In this document: piece by piece, positions 1 through 10,441 of the stretch
Layout: each line of letters opens with the position of its first letter
Position numbering within the stretch: position 1 is the first letter of the stretch
DNA from: Kofleriaceae bacterium
GTDB lineage: Bacteria; Myxococcota_A; Polyangia; Haliangiales; Haliangiaceae
DNA length: 23,165 bases
Direction: 5' to 3'
NCBI GenBank assembly: GCA_046597055.1
Contig: JBKJLC010000146.1
Location: forward strand, 1 to 23,165
Translations under genes and position numbers: made by a program
Notes under the pieces: generated by a model
Database searches by the model: none
What the model saw: only the letters and a program-made list of their open reading frames with translations
Told to the model about the DNA's origin: nothing

Positions 1-190
1 GGCTGACACCCGGCCCGCCGTACGGGTGGCTGACACCCGGCCCGCCGTACGGGTGGCTGACACCCGGCCCGCCGTACGGGTGGCCGTACGGGTGGCTGAC
101 ACCCGGCCCGCCGTACGGGTGGCTGACACCCGGCCCGCCGTACGGGTGGCTGACACCCGGTCCGCCGTACGGGTGGCTGACACCCGGCCC
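1..190. repeat. 27-bp tandem repeat (GGCTGACACCCGGCCCGCCGTACGGGT), 6 full copies plus partials; may extend left of the window
   Basis: Units at 1, 28, 55, 94, 121 and 148 (one C>T), a partial at 175-190, and a 12-bp fragment at 82-93. Junctions form the hairpin CGGGTG-GCTGA-CACCCG. Confidence 0.95.
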
Positions 191-229
191 GGGCACCGAG
201 GGCCCATCGGTAGTGAAGCTCACGCTTGC

Positions 230-465
230 CGCGGGTGCCTGACACCCGCGCTGTCCGGATCCCGGACACGGTGGTGAGTCAGAGGCAAGGTTTGTTCGCG
301 CCTTCACACTTCTGCTGGGTGGCTGACACCTCCGTCGGGCCGGTGGCCTCCGCCGGCGCCCGGCGGTCATTGTGAGCGCCATGACATTGCCGCCGGGTGG
401 CTGTGAGCGCCATGACATTGCCGCCGGGTGGCTGACACCCGGCGCGGGGCTGACACCCGGCGCGG
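230..465. repeat. Cluster of palindromic REP-like units and short direct repeats sharing the GCTGACACC core
   Basis: Hairpin CGCGGGTG-CCTGA-CACCCGCG at 230-250; hairpin TGTCCGG-ATC-CCGGACA at 252-268; GGCTGACACC at 321; exact 31-bp direct repeat 371-401/402-432; exact 18-bp repeat 430-447/448-465. Confidence 0.85.
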
Positions 466-528
466 ACGACCGGCGCGGGCACCGGATCCGGACGCGGCCG
501 ACGCGGCAAGAACGGTGGCAACACCGGC

Positions 529-534
529 TATGCT
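529..534 (+). promoter_or_regulatory. Putative -10 element (TATGCT) for a leaderless amidase transcript
   Basis: TAnnnT hexamer 7 nt before ATG 542; no SD motif. Confidence 0.5.
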
Positions 535-541
535 GCTCGGC

Positions 542-2047
<1,506 letters not shown>

Positions 2048-2219
2048 CCCCGCCGCCGCCCCCCGGCAGCGTCCGGCCGATCCGGAGTGGCCGGCCGCCG
2101 CGGCAACGGTCGCAAGCCGCCGGAACCGCTCCGCCCCACTCCCGCACACACGGCTGTCAACCGCGGGTGCTTGCCGCGGCTCTTTGCTCATTAGAGTGTA
2201 CGCGCAAGGACCCATCCCT

Positions 2220-2855
2220 TTGACGACTGGAGCTTCGCTGACGGTCGTCGCCTCCGACGCCCGCAGCCGCCTGCTCTCCGAGCTGGCGGCGGGACCGGCC
2301 CGCAAGGGCTACGCGATCGCCTACGACCTCCTCGGCAACCGGGCCGAGGCGGAGGAGTCGGTGCAGGAGGCGCTGGCGCGCGCGTGCGAGCGGCTCGACG
2401 AGCTGCGCGACCTCGCCGCCGCGCCCGCGTGGTTCCTCCGGATCGTCGCCACCACCTGCCTGCGCACGCTGCGACGGCGCCGCCTGCGTCGCGCGGTGTT
2501 CGGCCGCTGGCTCGAGCGCGCCGACGATGGCCGCGACGGCGAGGCCGCCCCCAACACCGGCGACGATGCGCCGAGCCTGCCGGCCGCGCGCGACGACGAT
2601 GGCGTGCCGCTGCTGCACGGCACCCGGCCGACCGACGCGGCCGCCGCGCTCGGTGGCCGCCGCGAGGTGGTCGCGATGCTGCGGCACCTCGACCAGCTGC
2701 CTGCCAAGCAGCGCGCGGCCGTCGTGCTGCGCTACGGCCACGACATGCCGGTTCCCGAGGTCGCCGCGCTCCTGGGCGTCGAGCTCGCGACCGCCAAGAC
2801 GCACCTGGTGCGTGGACTTGCCCGCCTGCGGGACCTGATGGAGGACCACCGATGA
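2220..2855 (+). CDS. ECF-type RNA polymerase sigma-70 factor (~211 aa)
   Basis: Region 2 (AEAEESVQEALARA...AWFLRIVATTC) and region 4 (LPAKQRAAVVLRY...EVAALLGV..ATAKTHLVRG). TTG 2220 follows AAGGA; GTG 2196 is an alternative start. Confidence 0.92.
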   Translation: MTTGASLTVVASDARSRLLSELAAGPARKGYAIAYDLLGNRAEAEESVQEALARACERLDELRDLAAAPAWFLRIVATTCLRTLRRRRLRRAVFGRWLERADDGRDGEAAPNTGDDAPSLPAARDDDGVPLLHGTRPTDAAAALGGRREVVAMLRHLDQLPAKQRAAVVLRYGHDMPVPEVAALLGVELATAKTHLVRGLARLRDLMEDHR

Positions 2856-3358
2856 AGCGCTGTACCCTCGTCGCCGACTCGCTCGTGAGCGGCGCGCCCC
2901 TCTCCGAAGGCGACCGTGCCCACGTCGCCACCTGCGCCGACTGCGCGGCCCTGACCGCGCTGCCAGGGATGATCGCCGCCACCGCCCTGGTCCCCGAGCC
3001 CGGCCTCGGCTTCGCGTCCCGCATCACCGCCGGCGCGCGCGAGCGCCTGGCCCGTCGGCGCCGCCACCGCGTCGTGGGCCTGTCGCTCGCGACCGCCGTC
3101 GCCGCCGGCACCGCCGTCGCCGTCACCCAGCGCGACCCCGCCCCGGCGCCAGCGGTCACCGAGGTCGCCCACCGCGACCCGGCCGGCAGCGACCCGACCC
3201 CACCGGACGCCGACGCCGACCTCGACGACGCCGAGCTCCGCGACCTGGTCCGCCGCGCCAGCTTCGACCAGGCGATGGACTCGCCGGTCGACTGGGCCGA
3301 CCTCGAAGCCCCGCTCCAGCACTACCGAGCCGTCCTCGCTCGGGGAGGTACCCCATGA
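2852..3358 (+). CDS. Membrane-anchored zinc-binding (ZAS, HxxxCxxC) anti-sigma factor (168 aa)
   Basis: ATGA overlap with the sigma stop; HVATCADC motif; Arg-rich run followed by the hydrophobic segment VVGLSLATAVAAGTAVAV. Confidence 0.85.
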   Translation: MKRCTLVADSLVSGAPLSEGDRAHVATCADCAALTALPGMIAATALVPEPGLGFASRITAGARERLARRRRHRVVGLSLATAVAAGTAVAVTQRDPAPAPAVTEVAHRDPAGSDPTPPDADADLDDAELRDLVRRASFDQAMDSPVDWADLEAPLQHYRAVLARGGTP

Positions 3359-4311
3359 CCCGCCTGCGCGCCCTGCTCACGCCCTCGATCATCCTCGCCG
3401 CGTTCGTCGCCAGCGCGATGCCCGGCAACGCCCAGCCGACCCCACGGACCCCGCCGACCCCGTCCACGCCGCGGACCCCGCGGACCCCGCCGACCCCGCC
3501 GCCGCCGTCGACGCCACCGACCCCAGGCTGGCAGGTCACCCCGCCCCGCGCGCCCCGCGCGCCCCGCGCGCCCCGCGCGCCCCACGTTCACATCGACGGC
3601 CAGCTGCCCGACGGCATGCTCGAGCAGGCGCGCGCCGAGGTCCAGCGCGCGATGGCCGAGATCGAGGGCAACCCGCACATCCCGGCCAAGCTGAAGGTCA
3701 AGCTCAAGATCAAGCTCGCCAAGACGCTGGCGAAGCTCGCCACCGGCAAGCTTGAAGACGTCGCCGATCTGTCGGACCTCGGCGAGGAGCTGGCCGAGGA
3801 TCTCCAGGACCTCGGCGAGGACCTCGAGGAACAGACCCGCGAGCTGGTCGAGCAGTCGCTGCGCGACCTCGGCGTCCACGTCGACATCGAGGGCGGCCCC
3901 GACGTCGACTTCGACTTCGACGCCCGCGATGACAACGATCACCACCGCGGCCACGACCGGGTGCGCCGCCCGGTCGCGCCGCGCCCGCCGATGCGGGTGC
4001 TCGACGAGCGCACCGAGGGTTTCGACGTCGACCTCGGCGATCTACAGCTGTCGAAGGCACAGCGGGGCGAGCTCCGCAAGATCGCGCAGGACGAGGCGAC
4101 CACGGTCGGCCCGGCCGAGCGCAAGATCCACGAGCTGTCGCGCGCGCTCCGCGACGAGGTCGAGGGGAACGACGCCCGCGAGGCCGAGGTCTCGCGGCTG
4201 GTCGACGCGCTCACCAGCGAGGAGGGCAAGGTCCGCAAGGCGCGGCTGCTCGCGATGACCCGCACGCGCAAGGTGCTGAGCGCCGCGCAACGCGGCAAGC
4301 TCCACCGCTGA
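3355..4311 (+). CDS. Secreted protein with Pro-rich N-terminus and C-terminal Spy/CpxP-like (LTxxQ) helical domain
   Basis: ATGA overlap; signal peptide; LQLSKAQRGELRKI and VLSAAQRGKL resemble the two LTxxQ motifs; typical position after an ECF/anti-sigma pair. Confidence 0.75.
   Translation: MTRLRALLTPSIILAAFVASAMPGNAQPTPRTPPTPSTPRTPRTPPTPPPPSTPPTPGWQVTPPRAPRAPRAPRAPHVHIDGQLPDGMLEQARAEVQRAMAEIEGNPHIPAKLKVKLKIKLAKTLAKLATGKLEDVADLSDLGEELAEDLQDLGEDLEEQTRELVEQSLRDLGVHVDIEGGPDVDFDFDARDDNDHHRGHDRVRRPVAPRPPMRVLDERTEGFDVDLGDLQLSKAQRGELRKIAQDEATTVGPAERKIHELSRALRDEVEGNDAREAEVSRLVDALTSEEGKVRKARLLAMTRTRKVLSAAQRGKLHR
3543..3583 (+). repeat. In-frame 9-bp tandem repeat GCCCCGCGC x4 (Pro-Arg-Ala)
   Basis: Read directly from the sequence. 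Confidence 0.9.
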
Positions 4312-4382
4312 GCCCGGCCCCCGGCCGCCAACGGCGATCGGCGTGGCTCAGCATTCCGGGCGCGATGTGGTACGAACTCGCG

Positions 4383-5048
4383 ATGCTCCGGCTCTGCGCC
4401 GCGTCCCTGATCGTCCTCGCCGGCCTCGCGGCCTGCAAGGGCGACGAGCGCTCGCCCAGCGCGCCACCGCCGCCGCCCACGACCGCGGTGTCGGTCGACG
4501 CCGGCGTCGCGACGGTCGCGCTCGACGCCGGCAACCGCACGTTGCCCACGCACAACCCGACCGGTCTGTACGCCGAGGACGAGATCCCGGCGACCCGGCC
4601 GGTCGCCCGCGTCGGCTCGCGTGACCGCCGGGTCGTGCAGCTCTTGCTGCGGTCGAGCCCGAGCGGGGCGACCGCCGCGGTCGACGGCGTGCGCCTCGGC
4701 GCGACGCCGGTCCTGTGGGAGGGCGAGCTGACCGGGCTGACCCGCGAGGTCACCTTCGTGCTCGCCGGGCACGCGCTCGCGCGATATCGGTTCGTGCCGG
4801 TCACCAGCGGCATCGTGCACGGCACGCTGGCCAAGGTGGCCGACGACGGGAGCGTGGTCGCGCCCGCGCTCGTCCCGATCCCGCCCCCGGAGCTGCCGGC
4901 TCGGCGGTCGAGCCCGCCGCCCGCCGCACCGCCGATCGACGCGGCGCCGGCCGCGACCCCGCTCGATGCCGCGCTCCCACCCCCGCTCGAGCCCGCCGCC
5001 GACGTCGCGCCGGCGCCGGTGGTCACCCCCGACGCTCCGCCATCGTGA
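4383..5048 (+). CDS. PEGA-domain lipoprotein with Pro-rich tail (~221 aa)
   Basis: MLRLCAASLIVLAGLAAC signal peptide with lipobox LAAC; LRSSPSGATAAVDGVRLGATP matches the PEGA pattern. Confidence 0.8.
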   Translation: MLRLCAASLIVLAGLAACKGDERSPSAPPPPPTTAVSVDAGVATVALDAGNRTLPTHNPTGLYAEDEIPATRPVARVGSRDRRVVQLLLRSSPSGATAAVDGVRLGATPVLWEGELTGLTREVTFVLAGHALARYRFVPVTSGIVHGTLAKVADDGSVVAPALVPIPPPELPARRSSPPPAAPPIDAAPAATPLDAALPPPLEPAADVAPAPVVTPDAPPS

Positions 5049-6618
5049 GGATGCGGGTCGTCACCGGACGGTCGGTACGGTCCGAGAACACGCGCGCGCG
5101 GCCGGCCGCCTTGGCCGCGTAGAGCAACTTGTCGGCGCGCGCGACCACCGACTCGATCGACTCGCCCTTCTCCGCGGTCACCACGCCGGCCGAGAAGCTG
5201 GTCTTGAACCGCCGGGCGTCGACGCCGATGAACGCCTCGTCCATCACCGAGACCAGGCACCGGACGATGGTGTGCTCGGCGGGCCCGACCTCGGTCTCCG
5301 GCAAGAGCACGACCAGCTCCTCGCCGCCCCAGCGTGCGATCAGGTCGGTCTTGCGCAGCGCGCGGGTGACCGCGCCGGCGACCCGCCGCAGCACCTCGTC
5401 GCCCATCGCGTGGCCGTGCTGGTCGTTGATCGACTTGAACCGATCGAGATCGAGGATGGCGACCGCGAGCGGCCGGGCGCTGCGCTCGCAGCGCAGGCGC
5501 TCGCGGTTGTAGACGTGGGTCGCGGCCAGCCGGTTGGACAGGCCGGTCAGCGCGTCCTCGTGGGCGACCCGGTGGAGCGCGTGCACGTCCTGAAAGGTCG
5601 CGACCGCGAACGCGATCTCGCCGTCACGCCCGCGCACCGGGCCACCATGGACGTGGAGCGGCACGATCTGGTCGCCGCGGTGGAGCTCCATGTCGCTGAT
5701 GCTGGCGACCTCACCGGCGAGCGCGCGCGTCAGCGGGGCTCGCTCGCTCGGATACACCGAGTCCGTGCCCGCCTGGTAGGTCGGGACCAGCACCAGCCGG
5801 TCGAGGTCGGTATCGCCGACGGCGGGGAGCGCGCCGAGCACGTCGCGCGCGTTCCGGTTGACGAACCACGGCTTGCCGTCGGGGGTGACCACGAACACGC
5901 CGACCGGGAGCTGGTCGAGCAGCTGGAACATCGTCTGCTCGCGGTCGTTCGCGTGCTGGTACACGAGGTCGCGGGCGGTGCGCGCGAACAGCGCGGCCAG
6001 CGCGACCAGGCCCACCATCACCGCGATCCCGAGGACGAAGAGGATCTTGATCGCCTCCGCGCCGCTGGCGACCGCGTCGTCGCGCGTCTTGATGAAGCGG
6101 GTCCGCGCCGCGGTGGTGGCGACGTTCACCGCGTCGAAGGTCGCCCGGGTCGCCCCTCGCGACTCCTGCTCCCAGATCGCCAGCGCGGCCGCCTGCGACT
6201 GGGCCCGCGCCGCGACCACCCGCTCGGTGGCCCGGTCGACCTCCGCGATGCGGCGCTCGATGTCGTCGACGCTCGCGACGATGTCGTCGCCGGCATGCCG
6301 CGCGCGCAGGTGCGCGAGCTGCGCCGCCATATTGCGCCCGGCGAACTCGCGGGCGCGGAGGAACTCGGGATCGCCGGACAGGAGGTAGCCACGCGCGTTG
6401 ACGACCCGGGTCAGCACGGCCCGCTCGATCGCGAGCCAGTCGGTCAGCTCGGCGACCGCGCCGTGGACGCGATCGTCGTGGCGGCGATCGAAGGTCTCGA
6501 TCGCCTGGCGCGCGGCCAGGCCGCCCAGGGTCAGCACGGCGCAGACCGCGACCGCCGCGACCACCGCCCGGCGGCGAAGCCGCGCCAGCGGCCGGGTCGG
6601 CGGGCCGGTGGTCGTCAC
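5023..6618 (-). CDS. Membrane sensor diguanylate cyclase (CHASE3-like periplasmic domain, PAS, GGDEF; ~531 aa)
   Basis: Two TM segments flank a NARGYLLSGDPEFL helical domain; PAS (LDQLPVGVFVV...FVN); DALTGLSNR, DLDRFKSINDQHGHAMGD, RKTD I-site, RWGGEEL. GTG 6618 overlaps the upstream TGA. Confidence 0.92.
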   Translation of the reverse strand: MTTTGPPTRPLARLRRRAVVAAVAVCAVLTLGGLAARQAIETFDRRHDDRVHGAVAELTDWLAIERAVLTRVVNARGYLLSGDPEFLRAREFAGRNMAAQLAHLRARHAGDDIVASVDDIERRIAEVDRATERVVAARAQSQAAALAIWEQESRGATRATFDAVNVATTAARTRFIKTRDDAVASGAEAIKILFVLGIAVMVGLVALAALFARTARDLVYQHANDREQTMFQLLDQLPVGVFVVTPDGKPWFVNRNARDVLGALPAVGDTDLDRLVLVPTYQAGTDSVYPSERAPLTRALAGEVASISDMELHRGDQIVPLHVHGGPVRGRDGEIAFAVATFQDVHALHRVAHEDALTGLSNRLAATHVYNRERLRCERSARPLAVAILDLDRFKSINDQHGHAMGDEVLRRVAGAVTRALRKTDLIARWGGEELVVLLPETEVGPAEHTIVRCLVSVMDEAFIGVDARRFKTSFSAGVVTAEKGESIESVVARADKLLYAAKAAGRARVFSDRTDRPVTTRILTMAERRG

Positions 6619-7859
6619 GCCACGCTCACCGGCGAGCCAGGCGCGCGCGCCGCCAGCGCGTCCATGAAGGGCGTGGCGGGCGCCACCGCGGGGGTCCGGG
6701 CCGGCCGCCCGATCAGGTAGCCCTGGACCAGCTGGGTCCCGGCCGCGATCACCGTGGCCAGCTCGGCCTCGGTCTCGACGCCTTCGCACAGCCAGGTGGT
6801 ATCGAGGTGCGCACACATCGCGCCGATGCCGCGCACGACCTCGCGCCGCACCGGGTCGCGATCGATGCCGCGCACCAGCGACATGTCGAGCTTGACCAGC
6901 TCGGGCCGCACCAGGGCGAGCGCCGACAGGCTGCCGTAGCCAGCGCCGAGGTCGTCGATCGCGAGGCGGAAGCCCAGGGCGCGCAGCGCGACCAGGCGGT
7001 CGGGGAGGTCGGGCAGATCGGTGAACTGCGCGCGCTCGGTGATCTCGAGGATCACGCGGTGGCCGCTCGCCGACAGCGGCGCCGCCGCCTCGTACAGCTC
7101 GGGATCGAGCAGGTCGCTGGCGTGCAGGTTGACCAGCAGATCGATCTTGGGCGCCAGGCTGTCGACGACCCGGGCCGCGGCCGACCGCACGTGGCGACCG
7201 ATGTCCCACATCCGGCCGAGATCCTCGGCGACCCGCAGCAGGCGGTCAGGGCGCGCCAGGTCCGCATGGTCGCTGCGGACCAGCGCCTCGTATCCGACGA
7301 TGCGGCCGTCGTCGACCGCGACCACCGGCTGCAGCGCGAGCCACAGCGTCCCGAGCGCGGCGTCGAGCGCGGTGCTCGACTTGATGCGGGCGAGGTCCGG
7401 ATCGAGCACACGGATCCGCTGCGAGCGCGGCTGGCCCAGCGCCGCCGCCACCGCGGCGCGGGTCCGGCAGGCCTCCTCGATCGCGCCGATGAGGCGCCCG
7501 GGATCGACCGGCTTGGTCAGGTAGCGCAGGGCCCCGTGGCTGACGGCGGCATGCGCCTTCTCGAGATCGCCCGAGCCGGAGACCACCAGCACCGGCAGGG
7601 TGCGGTCGCGCTGCCGCGCCGCGGCGAGCACGTCGAGGCCGGAGCCCGAGGGCAGGCCGAGGTCGGTCACCACCACGTCGAACTCGCCTTCGTCGAGGCG
7701 GGCCCGGGCGTCGGGGACGTCGTTTTCGGCCGTGACCGCGTAGCCAGCGGCGCCGAGCACCCGCGTGATGACGCTGCGGACCCATGGATCATCCTCGACC
7801 AGCAAGATGCGGATCGGCCCGGATGCATCGATGATCTCGGTCAAGGACAGGGCGGTCAT
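6615..7859 (-). CDS. REC-EAL response regulator / c-di-GMP phosphodiesterase (~414 aa)
   Basis: REC: LLVEDD, VVTDLGLP, LTKP. EAL: GYEALVR, VNL, EITE, IDDLGAGYGSL, KLD, EGVE, QGY. ATG 7859 follows GGAG. Confidence 0.94.
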   Translation of the reverse strand: MTALSLTEIIDASGPIRILLVEDDPWVRSVITRVLGAAGYAVTAENDVPDARARLDEGEFDVVVTDLGLPSGSGLDVLAAARQRDRTLPVLVVSGSGDLEKAHAAVSHGALRYLTKPVDPGRLIGAIEEACRTRAAVAAALGQPRSQRIRVLDPDLARIKSSTALDAALGTLWLALQPVVAVDDGRIVGYEALVRSDHADLARPDRLLRVAEDLGRMWDIGRHVRSAAARVVDSLAPKIDLLVNLHASDLLDPELYEAAAPLSASGHRVILEITERAQFTDLPDLPDRLVALRALGFRLAIDDLGAGYGSLSALALVRPELVKLDMSLVRGIDRDPVRREVVRGIGAMCAHLDTTWLCEGVETEAELATVIAAGTQLVQGYLIGRPARTPAVAPATPFMDALAARAPGSPVSVA

Positions 7860-7879
7860 GAGGGGCTCCCCTCCAGCAC

Positions 7880-7895
7880 AGCAACCACCGTGCCG
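7880..7895 (-). promoter_or_regulatory. Sigma54 -24/-12 promoter (CGGCACGGTGGTTGCT) upstream of the EAL-GGDEF operon
   Basis: One mismatch to TGGCACG-N4-TTGCW; ends 20 nt before the ATG. Confidence 0.7.
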
Positions 7896-8076
7896 CCCGC
7901 AACCTCGCGGGGTCTCACGGTCCCCACGCCTGGCCGTCGCCACGCCTGACGATCGCTCGGCAGTCCCGGCAGGTCGAGGGTAGGCCTGGCACCCTCTCCG
8001 ACGCAGAGCTGCGTTCGAAGCTGGTCGGCCGCGGCCCGGACGCCGGTCCGACGGTGCGGACCTCGCGATGGGTGGC

Positions 8077-9261
8077 TCAGTCCAGGCGGTAGAGCACGAC
8101 CGACTTGCTGCCGCGGTCGAAGCCGACGTTCTTCTCCATCACCCACAGCACGTCGCCGGCGAACCCCCAGCGCAGCTTCCGCTTGGGGGCGAGGATCCGG
8201 GCGCGGCGGACCGCGGTGTTGCCAGAGATCTCGAACAGATCCAGGTATTCGGGGTCCGCCTTCTTGCGCGCGACTGCCGGCGGGTTGACCGGATCGACCC
8301 GCAGCGACAGCCATACTCGGTCGCCGCGCATCGCGTACGCGACCGACGCCGCGTCGTACACCGCGAGCGGCTGATCGAGCCGCAGCGCGGTCGGGGTCCC
8401 GTCGCGCCACAGCTCGAGCTCGCTACGGTCGTCTTTCATGCGCACGAACACCTGCGGGTCTGCCGCGGTCGCCAGGACCTCGAGCCGCCGGCCGTGCCCG
8501 ATCAGGTCGACGATCGGCTCGTCGCGCAGCCACTTGCCGGTGAGCAGGTCGTAGCGAGCCGCGCTGTCGGGCGAGCGCAGGTCGGCTGACTTCTTCCACG
8601 CGCCACCCTTCTGCCCGACCGCGACCGTCTGGTCGTCGAGGAAGTAGACCGGGCGGAAGTCGAGCCGGGCGTCGCGGCCGTCGGCGCCGATCGTCAGCTG
8701 CCCGGCGCGCCGGGCCACCGGCCGCGCCTTGACCGGATCGACCGCCTGCACCCTGTTGACGACGCCGGCCTTGCCGGGCGTGCGCGTGTACACGATGACC
8801 GCGTCCTTGCCGTCCACCTTGCGCACGAACAGGTCGGTGGCGGGCGCGTGCTTCTTGATCACCTTGGCGTCGAGCCCGATCAAGGCGCCGCCCACCGGGC
8901 CTTCGTCGGCGTCGGCGACCACGAACAGCCGCTCGCCGAGGAGGTACATCCGCCGTACCGCGGGCGCGATCGCGCCGAGGGTCACCGTCGCCTGGGGCGC
9001 GCCGTCGGGGCCGAGCACCCGCGCCTCGATCAGATCATCGCCGTCGGTGACGATCACCGCCAGCCGGGCGCCGTCGGTGGCGACCACGTCGTCGAGGAAG
9101 CCGCGGTCCGGCACGTGCGCGCCGGTCTGGGTCAGCCCGACCAGCGCGGGCGGTTTCCCGGCCCGGGTGCCCGGCGCGGGCTTGCCGATCGGCTGGCCGG
9201 CTGCGATGGCGGTGGTGGCGACCACCGCTGCCCACGACACGAGGATCCCGGATGCGCGCAT
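8077..9261 (-). CDS. Secreted hypothetical protein, beta-rich (possibly beta-propeller; ~394 aa)
   Basis: GGAGG SD; signal-like N-terminus; GC3-biased codons; many short beta-strand-like segments. Confidence 0.75.
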   Translation of the reverse strand: MRASGILVSWAAVVATTAIAAGQPIGKPAPGTRAGKPPALVGLTQTGAHVPDRGFLDDVVATDGARLAVIVTDGDDLIEARVLGPDGAPQATVTLGAIAPAVRRMYLLGERLFVVADADEGPVGGALIGLDAKVIKKHAPATDLFVRKVDGKDAVIVYTRTPGKAGVVNRVQAVDPVKARPVARRAGQLTIGADGRDARLDFRPVYFLDDQTVAVGQKGGAWKKSADLRSPDSAARYDLLTGKWLRDEPIVDLIGHGRRLEVLATAADPQVFVRMKDDRSELELWRDGTPTALRLDQPLAVYDAASVAYAMRGDRVWLSLRVDPVNPPAVARKKADPEYLDLFEISGNTAVRRARILAPKRKLRWGFAGDVLWVMEKNVGFDRGSKSVVLYRLD

Positions 9262-9387
9262 GTGCCCTCCGCCCCCGGAAGTGCCACGCCGGCACGCGCG
9301 ACGCAACCGTCCCCGCCACCGTGCGCGTCACGGGACGAGCAAGCCCGCGCGCGGCGCCCGCGACCTGACCGCGCCCCACCGGCCGCG

Positions 9388-10293
9388 TCAGGCGACCAGC
9401 GCGACCGCGAGCGCGGCTCCGACCACGGCGTTGTTGCGGGCCAGCGCGCGGTTGGCGGTGACCGCGGCGCCGCCGGTGGCACCGGCGAGATGCGCGAGCA
9501 AGAACGGCGTCATGCGCTTGCCGGTGATGCCGGCGGCGGCCGCGGCCGCGAGCGCAGCGGCGATCGCCGCCTCGATCATGGCGGCCTCGAGCGCCGCGTC
9601 GGCCGGGATCGGGTTGCACACCAGCACCCCACCCTGCGCGAGCGCCTCCCAGCGCAGCCGGCAGATCCGCGCCAGCGTGGCCATGTCCTCGACCCGGTGG
9701 TCGAGCCGCAGCCCCGAGGTGCGGGTGTAGAACGCGGGCAGCTCGTCGGTGCCGACCCCGACCACCAGCGCGCCCAGCGTCTCGAGCGCCTCGAGCGTGC
9801 GGGGCAGATCGAGGATCGCCTTGGCGCCGGCCGACACCACCGCGATCGGCGTGCGGGCGAGCGCGACCAGGTCGTGCGAGACGTCGTCGCCGTCGCCGCG
9901 GTGGACCCCGCCGATCCCGCCGGTCGCGAACACGCGGATGCCTGCGCGCGCCGCCAGCACCGCGGTGGCGCTGACCGTGGTCGCCGCGTCGCTGCCGCGG
10001 GCGAGGTGCACCGCAAGATCGGACGCGCCCGCCTTGGCGAACGACGGACCCCGCTCGGCCAGCGCGCACATCGCCTCGGCGTCGAGCCCGATCCGCACCA
10101 CCCCGCCGATCACGGCGATCGTCGCCGGGATCGCGCCGCCGGCGGTCACCGCTGCCTCGAGCTCGCGCGCGACCGCGAGGTTGTCCGGGTACGGCAGGCC
10201 GTGGGCCACGATCGTCGACTCGAGCGCGACCACCGGCGCGCCGTCGGCGAGCGCGCGCGCCACCGTCGGCGCGATCGCGAGGGGGAGCTGCAT
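9388..10293 (-). CDS. psuG: Pseudouridine-5'-phosphate glycosidase
   Basis: VALESTIVAHGLPYP, ATTVSAT, FATGGIGGVHRG, DVSHDL, GAKAILDLPRTLEALET. Confidence 0.95.
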   Translation of the reverse strand: MQLPLAIAPTVARALADGAPVVALESTIVAHGLPYPDNLAVARELEAAVTAGGAIPATIAVIGGVVRIGLDAEAMCALAERGPSFAKAGASDLAVHLARGSDAATTVSATAVLAARAGIRVFATGGIGGVHRGDGDDVSHDLVALARTPIAVVSAGAKAILDLPRTLEALETLGALVVGVGTDELPAFYTRTSGLRLDHRVEDMATLARICRLRWEALAQGGVLVCNPIPADAALEAAMIEAAIAAALAAAAAAGITGKRMTPFLLAHLAGATGGAAVTANRALARNNAVVGAALAVALVA

Positions 10294-10353
10294 GCGCCGA
10301 CCTATACCAGAGCCGCGCGAGCGGCGGCAGCCCGGGAGTGTCCCTCACGTCCT

Positions 10354-10441
10354 GGTGGGTTGGTGTCACCCATGCCGTGGCTTCGGACGCGCCGCGCGGT
10401 GGGTTGGGGTCAGCCATGTGGTGGCTTCGGACGCGCCGCGC
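10354..10441. repeat. Imperfect 44-bp tandem duplication (2 copies, 4 mismatches)
   Basis: 10354-10397 versus 10398-10441. The minus strand contains GGGTGACACC and GGCTGACCCC. Confidence 0.85.

Noticed and set aside
1..190. CRISPR array
   Set aside because: Units are contiguous and near-identical with no unique spacers, and no cas genes are in the window.
26..277. 83-aa ORF with VADTRPAVR repeats
   Set aside because: It is open only because the 27-bp and 12-bp units are multiples of 3; no family features.
428..541. N-terminal extension of the amidase
   Set aside because: Derived from repeats; amidase-like sequence starts near 542, after a -10-like hexamer.
2155..2195. Autoregulatory ECF promoter (GTCAAC...CTCATT)
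   Set aside because: Spacing does not clearly fit an ECF -35/-10 arrangement; cannot be supported without group assignment.
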